64,000 nucleotides of DNA, taken from positions 332-64,331 of the forward strand of contig JAGVZI010000012.1 in assembly GCA_018302705.1 (NCBI GenBank), in the 5' to 3' direction. How positions within the stretch are numbered: position 1 is the first letter of the stretch; every line of letters begins with the position of its first letter. A program made the translations under genes and the position numbers. The notes under the pieces were generated by a model that was not told where the DNA came from, searched no databases, and worked only from the letters and a program-made list of their open reading frames with translations. Below are positions 10,490 through 19,380 of this stretch, one piece after another. The DNA comes from Candidatus Woesearchaeota archaeon. GTDB lineage: Archaea > Nanobdellota > Nanobdellia > SCGC-AAA011-G17 > ARS1403.

Positions 10490-11416
10490 ATGAATTACAT
10501 TATCATAACAAGTTATGGGGAAGTTAATACCACTGAAAAGGCCGTTTCTTCAGCTCTATCTCAGCTGCCGAAGAACACGAAATTGATTGTCTCAGATCCA
10601 TTTCCAGAAACAAAATGGATGCTCGAAGAAAAGTTTCCTAATAACAAAAACATAGAATACTTTGAAGACCCAGATCAAGGAAAGTCTAAAGCTTTAAATT
10701 TATTATTTCAAAAATTATGGTCTGAAGATAAAAACAGCGTTTTAATTTTAACAGATGGGGATGTTTATGTCTCTGAAAATTCTATAGGTGAAATCCTCAA
10801 GAAATTTGAAGATCCTAAAGTTGGATGCGTTTCTGGCAGACCAGTATCAATAAATCCAAGAAATGATAAATTTGGTTACTGGAGCCATTTCTTAGTAGAC
10901 GTTGGAGCCCATGAAATATCCAGAAAAAAAAGATACGAAAAAGGACAATTTCTGGAAACAACAGGATACTTTTTTGCTTTTAGAAATGGGGTTATTGATA
11001 AGATTCCTTTGGATGTAGCAGAAGATACAATTGTCCCTTATTACTTTTACAAAAAAGGGTATAAAATTGCTTATGCAGAAAATTCTCTGGTAAATGTCAA
11101 ATGGCCGACACATTTTAAGGATTGGATGAAGCAGAAAAAGAGAGCAGCAGATTCACATTCAAAATTAACAAAATACGCTCCAGATTTTCCAAAAGTTAAA
11201 TCTTTTTCAGGAGAAATCGTTGGTGGGTTAACAAATCTGCATTACATTTTCACTTATCCTAAAACATTCGAAGAATTTATCTGGACTTTGGAATTATTCC
11301 CTATAAGGCTTTATATGTGGATTTCATTGCAAAAGGATTTAAAATTCAAAAAGAAAGAATACAAAGATGGTTGGAGAGAAGATTTGGAAGTTAAATCAAC
11401 TAGGACTTTAGATTAA
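10490..11416 (+). CDS. Glycosyltransferase family 2
   Basis: IIITSYGEVNTT...KSKALNLLF...LILTDGDVYVS (GT-A fold; the DxD-type motif is the DGD in LILTDGDVYVS). Confidence 0.7.
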   Translation: MNYIIITSYGEVNTTEKAVSSALSQLPKNTKLIVSDPFPETKWMLEEKFPNNKNIEYFEDPDQGKSKALNLLFQKLWSEDKNSVLILTDGDVYVSENSIGEILKKFEDPKVGCVSGRPVSINPRNDKFGYWSHFLVDVGAHEISRKKRYEKGQFLETTGYFFAFRNGVIDKIPLDVAEDTIVPYYFYKKGYKIAYAENSLVNVKWPTHFKDWMKQKKRAADSHSKLTKYAPDFPKVKSFSGEIVGGLTNLHYIFTYPKTFEEFIWTLELFPIRLYMWISLQKDLKFKKKEYKDGWREDLEVKSTRTLD

Positions 11417-11815
11417 TTTGAACAATCTCAAGAATTCTCGCAAGCTCAAAACTTGAAAATCCGCTAAATTTTTTGATTTAAGAAAATCTCTATTTTCCGT
11501 TATTAAATAGTCCGCTCCAATTTTTTCGCAAAACGATGCAATAGCAATGTCTCCTTTGTTTAGCCCTAATTCTTTATATTTGTGGAATAAAGCTATAGGT
11601 AAAATGTCTTCATCAATGTATATCCCATTCTCCATAACCAATTTAAAGAAGTCCTTTTCTGCATCATTTCTTAGATTCCTGAGAACCTCGTCACGGATAA
11701 TTTTGTGGAGATGAAAATAGAAACCAACTCTTTGAAATAAAGGGTTTAATAAATTAGATTGTTCATTGATATGTTTAATATATTCATTGCTGTCCAAGAC
11801 AATGATAACCATCAC
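11408..11815 (-). CDS. vapC: PIN-domain toxin (VapC-like)
   Basis: N-terminal VIIVLDSNEYI (conserved Asp), about 135 aa, 4-bp overlap with the upstream RHH gene. Confidence 0.55.
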   Translation of the reverse strand: MMVIIVLDSNEYIKHINEQSNLLNPLFQRVGFYFHLHKIIRDEVLRNLRNDAEKDFFKLVMENGIYIDEDILPIALFHKYKELGLNKGDIAIASFCEKIGADYLITENRDFLKSKNLADFQVLSLREFLRLFKLI

Positions 11816-12126
11816 AAACCCTTAAACCATTTTTTGTATCTTGTTTCCCATTCATCGTTTCTCATTTTTTTAATCTTTGCAATAATCTCTTCTTGGGACA
11901 AGTGAGATGTATCCTCTCCAATTATTCTATCTTCCTTCTCCCATTTATCTAATATTTTTTTATTCTGTATTAAGTGTCTATCTGTAAGAATTTCTTTCCT
12001 TAAACTTTCCCTAACCAGTTCTGAAAAATTCGAAAACATTCCACCATCTATCAAAATCCTTGATTCTTTTAACAACTTCTTTGGCAATGTTATATTAATT
12101 CTTTGTATCTCTGACATAATACACAC
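11812..12126 (-). CDS. Ribbon-helix-helix antitoxin (VapB/CopG-like)
   Basis: INITLPKKLLKESRILID beta-strand/helix signature, small, translationally coupled to the PIN gene. Confidence 0.5.
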   Translation of the reverse strand: MCIMSEIQRINITLPKKLLKESRILIDGGMFSNFSELVRESLRKEILTDRHLIQNKKILDKWEKEDRIIGEDTSHLSQEEIIAKIKKMRNDEWETRYKKWFKGL

Positions 12127-12136
12127 TCAATACACA

Positions 12137-12490
12137 CTAATATTTAAATCTTTCTAATTCTTTCTTTAACTCTTTTAAGTTCTCAACAAAGATCACATCT
12201 TTATTATTGCACATTACACAAATCCTGTAATCCTTATGTATTGTTTTTTTATCCTCAACTAAAGCAATCACTTTTACATTTTTAGCATAAGCATAACCTA
12301 ATTCCCATGCAGTTCCAGAACTAATCCCTTTCCAATCTAAGACAGCAACGGGATCCATTCCGTCTTCAAAAATACCCATATCTCTATGAGGCAGATAAGT
12401 CTCTCCAAATTCCTCGCAAATTTTATTAACGTCTTCAAGTTTATCCCTATTTTCTTCCTCTCTTAAATTCCCAGCTACATAAATTTTCAT
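12137..12490 (-). CDS. Nucleoside 2-deoxyribosyltransferase-like protein
   Basis: MKIYVAG...SSGTAWELGYAYAKNVKVIAL resembles the NDT fold signature. Confidence 0.5.
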   Translation of the reverse strand: MKIYVAGNLREEENRDKLEDVNKICEEFGETYLPHRDMGIFEDGMDPVAVLDWKGISSGTAWELGYAYAKNVKVIALVEDKKTIHKDYRICVMCNNKDVIFVENLKELKKELERFKY

Positions 12491-12541
12491 AGGCCAATTT
12501 TTGATAACTATCTTTAAAAATGTAACTCTATAATTAAAACT

Positions 12542-12976
12542 ATGGTAAATCCAAAAATCGTAACCTCTGCAATAATAATAAAAAACGATAAAGTTTTGCT
12601 TATTAAAAGGAAAAAATATCCCGAAGAAAATAAATGGGCATTACCTGGAGGTTTAGGTTCTTTTAAAAAATTTTCAGATCCTCAAGAGGCAATTAAAGAT
12701 GAAGTAAGATATGATTTAAATACAGATTTTAAAATAAGATCTTTCTTTAATTATAGCTTTTATACAGGATTAGAAGGACCGATAATAACCCTTCATTTTA
12801 CCGGGACAATTTTAGAAGAACCATCTATAAATAAGGAGGATATATTTGCATACGAATACTTTTCTAAAGAAGAGATGCCAAGTAGGGAAGATATGGCATT
12901 TGATCATCATCTTATTTTAACAAATTTCTTTAAATCAGTAAATTCAAAAATGACTTCTAAGGATAAATGTGATTAA
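12542..12976 (+). CDS. NUDIX-family hydrolase (divergent)
   Basis: ALPGGLGSFKKFSDPQEAIKDEV is a partial Nudix box. Confidence 0.5.
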   Translation: MVNPKIVTSAIIIKNDKVLLIKRKKYPEENKWALPGGLGSFKKFSDPQEAIKDEVRYDLNTDFKIRSFFNYSFYTGLEGPIITLHFTGTILEEPSINKEDIFAYEYFSKEEMPSREDMAFDHHLILTNFFKSVNSKMTSKDKCD

Positions 12977-13991
12977 AATGAAATTCAATAGAGATTGCAA
13001 GTCCTTTCCTGGAGTTTATGCATGCGAGATTATGAAGACTGAAGGCTATGAAGACTGCTCTAATTGCATGTTCTATGAGCCAATTGAAAAAAAGATTTTA
13101 ATCATTCAATTAGGGGCGATGGGTGACGTAGTAAGAAGCTTTTTTTTAGAAAACAGCCAGCATGTTGATGAAATTTTAACCTTTGGCTCGGAGTCTTACA
13201 CAAGATTACAACAGGAGCATTTTGATGTCTTATTTAATCTGGAAATTTCTCCTCCAGCAACCTTATTAGCTAATTTAATTAATGCAAAAGAAAAATTTGG
13301 TTATTTTTTTGACAAAGACGGTCATCCTTCAGCATTCAACAAAGGGGCAGAAACTTATTTGCACACAGCATTTTCGGATTATCTAAATAGGATAACAAAA
13401 AAATCTTATCAAGAACTAATTTTTAAGGCTTTAGATTTAGAATATAAAAAGCAAGATTATTCATTCAAGCCGAAGATAAACAAAGAATATGCTCAAACTT
13501 TCTTGAAAATAAACCATTTAAAAAAAGAAGATAAAATTCTTGGAATTAATATCGGCTCTGCATCAAGATTTCCTTCAAAAACATGGCATTTAGATAAAGT
13601 CAAAGAATTAATATCCAAGATAAAGGAGGATTATAAAATTATTTTGCTAGGAGGACCAAATGAACTTGATAAACAAGAAGAACTTGAGAAATTAGCAATA
13701 ACAAATGATTTTAACAACACCATGGAAGAGTTCTGCTCGGTTTTGAGCATCTGCGATGTTTTAATTACAGGAGACTCATTACATTTGCATTTGGCAATAG
13801 CAATGAAAAAACCGACAATAGCTTTATTTTTCACAACGCCGTCATGGCAGATAGAAAATTATAATTTTCTAAAAAAGATAGACTCTCCATTGTTAGAAAA
13901 TTATTTCATGTCAGATCAATATCACGAAGAATTAACTAAAAGTATTTCAGCAGAAGAGGTATTAAAATGTCTGAAAAGCATGAGCATGTAG
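12969..13991 (+). CDS. GT9-family glycosyltransferase (heptosyltransferase-like) with a Cys-rich N-terminus
   Basis: ILIIQLGAMGDVV... N-domain, GDSLHLHLAIAMKKPTIALF C-domain. Confidence 0.65.
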   Translation: MIKMKFNRDCKSFPGVYACEIMKTEGYEDCSNCMFYEPIEKKILIIQLGAMGDVVRSFFLENSQHVDEILTFGSESYTRLQQEHFDVLFNLEISPPATLLANLINAKEKFGYFFDKDGHPSAFNKGAETYLHTAFSDYLNRITKKSYQELIFKALDLEYKKQDYSFKPKINKEYAQTFLKINHLKKEDKILGINIGSASRFPSKTWHLDKVKELISKIKEDYKIILLGGPNELDKQEELEKLAITNDFNNTMEEFCSVLSICDVLITGDSLHLHLAIAMKKPTIALFFTTPSWQIENYNFLKKIDSPLLENYFMSDQYHEELTKSISAEEVLKCLKSMSM

Positions 13992-14377
13992 TTGTCATAA
14001 CCGGAATTGTAAAGTTCAAAGATAAAATTCTCTTGTTGAAAAGAAATTCTAAAATGGAAATGCATCCAAATAAATGGTCATTCCCAGGAGGAAAAGTTAT
14101 TTCAGGTGAAACTTTATTTCAAGCACTGCAGCGAGAAATCAAAGAAGAAACAAATCTGGAAATAGAAGATACTAAAAGATATATTTCAGACTATACATTT
14201 ACTCGTCCTTCTGGAAAAAATACAATTGGTTTCTGTTTTCTTGTAAATGCAAAAAATAACAAAGTGAAATTAAGCAAAGAGTTTACAGATTTTTCTTGGA
14301 TATCTCCAGAAGAGATTGAGAATTATAATATTATTCCCTATCTAAAGGATGAAGTAAAAAAGGCATTTAGCACTTGA
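13967..14377 (+). CDS. NUDIX hydrolase (candidate ADP-sugar pyrophosphatase)
   Basis: Clear Nudix box PGGKVISGETLFQALQREIKEETNLEIE. Confidence 0.75.
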   Translation: MSEKHEHVVVITGIVKFKDKILLLKRNSKMEMHPNKWSFPGGKVISGETLFQALQREIKEETNLEIEDTKRYISDYTFTRPSGKNTIGFCFLVNAKNNKVKLSKEFTDFSWISPEEIENYNIIPYLKDEVKKAFST

Positions 14378-14392
14378 AAGCATAAATCTTTT

Positions 14393-15724
14393 TTGGATCT
14401 GTCAGAGTTTTCAAAAAAGAGAATACTTATTGTTGGAGATATTATGTTAGACAAACACATCTTTGGTACAATTTCAAGACTGTCTCCCGAAGCGCCAGTT
14501 CCAATTTTAAAAGCAGAAAAAGAATCGTATAATCCTGGAGGCGCTGCAAATCTAGCAAATAATATTTCTTCGCTAGGCGCAAAAGCATATCTCTCCGGAG
14601 TTGTTGGGAATGATGAGGCGCAAAAAATTTTATTTAAGGATCTTGAAAATAATAACATAGATACTTCATGTATAATAAAAACTTCAAAGCAAACGATACA
14701 AAAAATCAGAGGATTATCAAGGCAACATTTATTATATCATCAACATTTATTCAGAGTAGACTATGAAGACACCTCTCCAATTTCAAAAGATGATGAAGAA
14801 AAGCTTCTTTCATTAATAAGCTCAAAAATCAATAACGTAGATGCAATTATATTATGCGATTATGCAAAAGGGACTTTAACTGAAAACTTAGTAAAATCTT
14901 TAATCAGGTTAGCAAAAGAAAATAACAAATTAATTACAGCTGATTGCAAACCGATAAATGTTGAGTTCTATAAAAACATAGATTTACTGAAGCCGAATAA
15001 AAAAGAAGCAATTGAAATGACTTTAACAGAAAATATAATGGAAGCGGGAAAGAGATTGATGGAGAAACTAAATGCCAACATAGTTATAACGAAAGGAGCA
15101 GAAGGTTTTTCTATATTTGAAAAAAATGGTAACTGTTCTGATCTGCCCACTGATGTCAAAGAGGTTTATGATGTTTCAGGAGCTGGAGATACAGTAATGG
15201 CATTATTAACATTAGCACTCTCCTCTAATTATGAACTTAAAGATGCAGTTAAATTAGCAGACAGGGCTGCAAGCATCGTTATTAGCAAGCCTGGAGTTGT
15301 TTCAATTACCTTCGATGAATTACAAAGATCATTTACAAACAACATAAAAATTATCCCAAAAGAATGGGGAGAAGAGCAGTGGATTGTTAACAATGAAAAA
15401 TACTGCGGAAAGAAAATGCTCATCAAGCAGAATTATTACTGCTCATATCACATGCACAAAATAAAGGAAGAAACTTTCTATATATTAGATGGAGAATTAG
15501 AATTGATACATAATGGAAAATACTTAAAAGTTGGAAAAGGAGAAACTTTGCATATAAAACCTGGCGAGTATCATAGCTTTAGAGCATTGAAGGACACAAA
15601 TTTCTTCGAATTTTCAACACAGCATTTGGATGAAGATAACTACAGATTAACTAAGTCTTCTTTTGGAGATCATGAAAAATGGAAAAGAGAAATTGAAGAG
15701 GCAATAAAAAATGGGCAAGATTAA
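14393..15724 (+). CDS. hldA: Heptose-7-phosphate kinase (pfkB/RfaE domain I) fused to a C-terminal cupin
   Basis: ILIVGDIMLDKHIFGTISRLSPEAPVPIL plus GAGDT ribokinase-family motifs; C-terminal YCSYHMHKIKEETFYILDGELELI...GEYHSF cupin. Confidence 0.7.
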   Translation: MDLSEFSKKRILIVGDIMLDKHIFGTISRLSPEAPVPILKAEKESYNPGGAANLANNISSLGAKAYLSGVVGNDEAQKILFKDLENNNIDTSCIIKTSKQTIQKIRGLSRQHLLYHQHLFRVDYEDTSPISKDDEEKLLSLISSKINNVDAIILCDYAKGTLTENLVKSLIRLAKENNKLITADCKPINVEFYKNIDLLKPNKKEAIEMTLTENIMEAGKRLMEKLNANIVITKGAEGFSIFEKNGNCSDLPTDVKEVYDVSGAGDTVMALLTLALSSNYELKDAVKLADRAASIVISKPGVVSITFDELQRSFTNNIKIIPKEWGEEQWIVNNEKYCGKKMLIKQNYYCSYHMHKIKEETFYILDGELELIHNGKYLKVGKGETLHIKPGEYHSFRALKDTNFFEFSTQHLDEDNYRLTKSSFGDHEKWKREIEEAIKNGQD

Positions 15725-16760
15725 AACTCGTGATGAAATAAGAAAAATAGTAGAAGATCTGAAAAGAAAAAATAAAAAAACAGGATTTACTTCAGGCTCT
15801 TTTGATCTTCTTCACGTTGGTCATGTTGATTATTTAGAAAAAGCCAAACAAAAATGCGATGTTTTGATTGTCGGAGTTAATTCAGATTCCTCAATAAAAC
15901 AATATAAAGATCCAAATAGACCAATTATCTCTCAGCAACAAAGGATAAAATTAATCGCAGCACTATATATGGTTGATTATGCTTTCTTATTTGAAGAAAA
16001 GAACAATAATAAGAATATAGAAATTTTAAAACCAGATTTTTACATTAAAGCGGGGGACTATTCGCTATCTCAATTATCTTCAAAACCAATTGCAGAGAAA
16101 TATGGGGGGGAAGTGATTTTAATCCCTATAGAAGAAAAGATATCTACGACAGACATCATTGATAATATCAGAATGTTATCTTCAACAGATTCTATCGAGG
16201 ATCAGAAATTTGAAGGGGGTATAAAGGCGATATTTTTAGATAGAGACGGATCAATAAATGAGGAAGTAGAATATTTACATGATCCAGAACAATTTAAATT
16301 GACATCAAATGCTTTAGAAGGTATGAAAAAAATGCAGGATTTAGGATATAAATTAATGATAGTAACAAACCAGCCAGGTATTGGACTCGGATATTTTACA
16401 ATGGAAGATTTTTTCAAGGTCAATTTGCATATGTTCAAACAACTTTCACCGCATAGGATCCAAATAGATAAAATCTATTTTTGTCCACATACTATAACAG
16501 CGAATTGTGAATGTAGAAAACCAAAAATAGGTTTGATAAAAAGAGCACAGGAATATTACCAAGGAAAAATTGATTTGGAGCATTCTTTCTTCATAGGAGA
16601 TTCAACTACTGATGTAAAATGTGGACAAAATGCTGGTATAAAGACAATTCTTGTTAAAACAGGCAAAACAAAACAAGATAAAAAAGAAGATGTAAAACCA
16701 GATTTCACAGCTTTAAATTTATTAGAAGCAGCCAATATTATAGAAGAAAATTCAAACTAA
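15711..16760 (+). CDS. hldC: Heptose-1-phosphate adenylyltransferase (RfaE domain II) fused to a GmhB-type HAD phosphatase
   Basis: GFTSGSFDLLHVGHVDYLEKAK (HxGH nucleotidyltransferase); C-terminal AIFLDRDGSINEE...YFCPH...CECRKPKIGLI (histidinol-phosphatase-like HAD, GmhB-type). Confidence 0.7.
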   Translation: MGKIKTRDEIRKIVEDLKRKNKKTGFTSGSFDLLHVGHVDYLEKAKQKCDVLIVGVNSDSSIKQYKDPNRPIISQQQRIKLIAALYMVDYAFLFEEKNNNKNIEILKPDFYIKAGDYSLSQLSSKPIAEKYGGEVILIPIEEKISTTDIIDNIRMLSSTDSIEDQKFEGGIKAIFLDRDGSINEEVEYLHDPEQFKLTSNALEGMKKMQDLGYKLMIVTNQPGIGLGYFTMEDFFKVNLHMFKQLSPHRIQIDKIYFCPHTITANCECRKPKIGLIKRAQEYYQGKIDLEHSFFIGDSTTDVKCGQNAGIKTILVKTGKTKQDKKEDVKPDFTALNLLEAANIIEENSN

Positions 16761-17651
16761 AAATCCTGAATTATAGTAATCTTTAATCCCTTTCTCAATA
16801 TCAAATTCTGGAGCAAAACCAATTCTTTTCTTAGCTAAACTCATATCACATTCGGTATAATCTTGGTATTTCCCTATATAAGGGTTATCAATGTATTCCG
16901 GTTTCCTATTTGTTCCAAGAACCTTATTCAAAATCCTAATTAATTCGTTAAATGTTGTAGCCTTTCCATATCCACAATTAACAACACAACTTTCTTTCGC
17001 CTGAGAGGCCAGTAGATTTGCTTTAACAACGTCTCTGACATAGATATAATCCCTCTTTTGCTCACCATCTCTGAATATTTTTGGATTTTCTTTTAACATC
17101 TGATAAGCTAATTGATAGATCATTGTAGCTCTTTTTCCTTTAATATTTTCACCTGGGCCGTAAACATTACAATATCTTAAACCTACAAACACAACATCAG
17201 GATGTTTCTTGCCAAGTTCTTTTACAACATTTTCTAAAGCAATTTTGGATTCTGCATATGGATTCAATGGATTCAACAAAGTTTCATTTTCTTTATAGGG
17301 AGCAGAAGAATTCCCATATATTGCAGTTGAACTAGCGTATACTATTCGTTTACACCCATTTTTGATAACATATTCAAACAATTTCTTTGAAGAATCGACA
17401 TTAGCCCTAAACATTTCTGTTCTATCTATATTGGTGGTGTCATTTATTGCAGCTTGATGGAATAAAGCGTCTATTTTTCCTATAGAATCAAAATCCAAGC
17501 CTACAAAGCTTGGCTGTAGATATTTTTTAACACCTTTAATCTTCCTTTCAGAATCATTCCCAGTAATCAGAACATCATGTCCTTCTTTAATCAGTTCAAG
17601 AGCAATATTACTTCCGATAAATCCAGTGCCTCCAGTGACTAAAATTCTCAT
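16752..17651 (-). CDS. hldD: ADP-glycero-manno-heptose 6-epimerase-like SDR (the real start is probably the internal Met at 17651, not 17777)
   Basis: MRILVTGGTGFIGSNIALEL Rossmann motif, YxxxK SDR, about 300 aa, adjacent to the heptose genes. Confidence 0.7.
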   Translation of the reverse strand: MRILVTGGTGFIGSNIALELIKEGHDVLITGNDSERKIKGVKKYLQPSFVGLDFDSIGKIDALFHQAAINDTTNIDRTEMFRANVDSSKKLFEYVIKNGCKRIVYASSTAIYGNSSAPYKENETLLNPLNPYAESKIALENVVKELGKKHPDVVFVGLRYCNVYGPGENIKGKRATMIYQLAYQMLKENPKIFRDGEQKRDYIYVRDVVKANLLASQAKESCVVNCGYGKATTFNELIRILNKVLGTNRKPEYIDNPYIGKYQDYTECDMSLAKKRIGFAPEFDIEKGIKDYYNSGFLV

Positions 17652-17703
17652 AAATAACTTTATATAATAAACTTTTAAAAATGTATCCCATAATAAGGAG
17701 GAC

Positions 17704-18294
17704 ATGAAAATCCTAAAACAAGGCGCAGAATCTGTAATCATTTTAGATAAAAACAGGATAATAAAGCATAGAATCAAAAAAGGCTACAGAATAAAAGATA
17801 TCGACGAGAAAATCCGCAAGTTTAGAACAAGAAGCGAAGCAAGATTATTGGAAAAAGCAAGCATGAATGTTCCAAAAGTTCTGAATGTGGATGAAAATGA
17901 AATGAAAATTGAAATGGAGTATTTAAATGGGGATTTAATTAAAGACATCTTTGATAATTTAAATAAGAAGGAAAGATTAGCAGTCTGCAAGCAATTAGCA
18001 GAAGAAGTTTCCAAGTTACATTCTCAAGATATTATCCATGGCGATTTAACGACGTCAAATTTTATCCTAAAAAATGGAAAGGTTTATTTTATCGACTTCG
18101 GCTTGGGTTTCTTTTCGAACAAAACAGAAGACAAAGCAGTTGATCTGCATCTATTAAAGCAGGCATTAGAATCAAAACATTATAAGCATTTTAATGAATC
18201 TTATACGCAGATTTTAAGGCATTACAAGCACAAAGATGTTTTAAAAAGATTGGAAAAAGTTGAAAGCAGGGGAAGATATAAGGAAAGAAAATAA
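17704..18294 (+). CDS. bud32: KEOPS complex kinase Bud32
   Basis: TRSEARLLEKA...IIHGDLTTSNFIL...YFIDFGLG...EDKAVDLHLL. Confidence 0.8.
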   Translation: MKILKQGAESVIILDKNRIIKHRIKKGYRIKDIDEKIRKFRTRSEARLLEKASMNVPKVLNVDENEMKIEMEYLNGDLIKDIFDNLNKKERLAVCKQLAEEVSKLHSQDIIHGDLTTSNFILKNGKVYFIDFGLGFFSNKTEDKAVDLHLLKQALESKHYKHFNESYTQILRHYKHKDVLKRLEKVESRGRYKERK

Positions 18295-18301
18295 TCGCAG
18301 A

Positions 18302-18343
18302 TGTAGTGACAACCATAAAGCTTAAATAAGTGTAGTGACAACC
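18302..18343. promoter_or_regulatory. Two direct copies of TGTAGTGACAACC (29-bp period) between bud32 and the Fic gene
   Basis: Exact 13-mer at 18302-18314 and 18331-18343, each followed by an A/C-ATAAG-like tail. Confidence 0.4.
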
Positions 18344-18351
18344 CAATAAGG

Positions 18352-19293
18352 ATGGTAATATTAAGGAAAGTTAAAAGTAAGAATAAAGAATATTGGGTGC
18401 TAGTTCATTCTATAAGAGAAGGAAAGAAAATTATCCAAAGAACCAGATATATAGGAAAGAACCTTCCCCCGCCAAAAAGATTGGAGTATCTAAAAAAAGA
18501 GTTTCTTAAAGAAATAAAGGGAAACAGATACAAATACTTTTCATCTGAAGATATTGAAAGAATAGAGGGAAAAAAAGAAGAGTATAATAAAGAGATAAAT
18601 AAATTAAGCAAATTAGAAAAGAAGAAAAAATTAGAGGAGTTTATTGTTAGATATACATATGATAGTAGTAAATTATCAGGGCTTGATATTACTTTAAGAC
18701 AAACCTATCTGATTTTAGAGAAGGGGATTATCCCAAAAGGGTTTAAAAATCTAGTAATTATAAGGGAACTTGAAAATCATGAAAAGTGTATTATAGCCAT
18801 AACCAAATATAAGGGAAAGCTCGACCTCAGGTTTATCAAAAAAATGCACAATATTCTCTTTGTGGGTGTTGACGATAGTATTGCTGGAAAATTAAGATAC
18901 GAGATTAAGAGGGATGTTAAGATTGCCGGAACAGTTTATACTCCTCCTAAATGGCAGACTCTTAGAAAAGAGATGGATTATTTTTTCAAATGGTATGCAT
19001 CGGAAAACAGGAGATTACATCCATTAGAATTAGCAGCGTTAATCCATTTGAAGATAGCTTCCATACAGCCTTTTGTAGATGGAAATTCAAGATTGGCAAG
19101 ACTTTTAATGAACTGGATTTCAAGATTGGCAAGACTTTTAATGAACTGGATTCTATGGAAAAGGGAATATCCCCTAGTAGATATTCCGATAGAAGACTTA
19201 GAAAAATATTACGATGTGTTGGATCATTATCAAATAGAAAAAAATGAAAAGCCATTTATTAATTACATTAAAATAAAATATTTAGAAAAATAA
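18352..19293 (+). CDS. Fic/Doc-family protein with a degenerate motif (Gln in place of the catalytic His) and an 11-aa in-frame tandem duplication
   Basis: QPFVDGNSRLARLLMNWI-SRLARLLMNWI compared with the Fic consensus HPFx[DE]GNGRxxR. Confidence 0.6.
   Translation: MVILRKVKSKNKEYWVLVHSIREGKKIIQRTRYIGKNLPPPKRLEYLKKEFLKEIKGNRYKYFSSEDIERIEGKKEEYNKEINKLSKLEKKKKLEEFIVRYTYDSSKLSGLDITLRQTYLILEKGIIPKGFKNLVIIRELENHEKCIIAITKYKGKLDLRFIKKMHNILFVGVDDSIAGKLRYEIKRDVKIAGTVYTPPKWQTLRKEMDYFFKWYASENRRLHPLELAALIHLKIASIQPFVDGNSRLARLLMNWISRLARLLMNWILWKREYPLVDIPIEDLEKYYDVLDHYQIEKNEKPFINYIKIKYLEK
19088..19153 (+). repeat. Perfect 33-bp tandem duplication (two copies, 1 mismatch) inside the Fic ORF
   Basis: caagattggcaagacttttaatgaactggattt occurs twice in a row. 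Confidence 0.9.
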
Positions 19294-19380
19294 CAGGCAA
19301 AGTATGATTCAAAAGGATATAAATAAAATAATCTTTGTAATTTAGAAATTCTTATAACTTTTATTCTACTAACTTAATTA

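Noticed and set aside
17652-17777. N-terminal 42-aa extension of the HldD-like ORF (MILCFIILFLSKMITD...)
   Set aside because: Hydrophobic junk preceding a textbook MRILVTGGTGFIGS Rossmann start. The extension would also overlap the bud32 start. Start placed at 17651.
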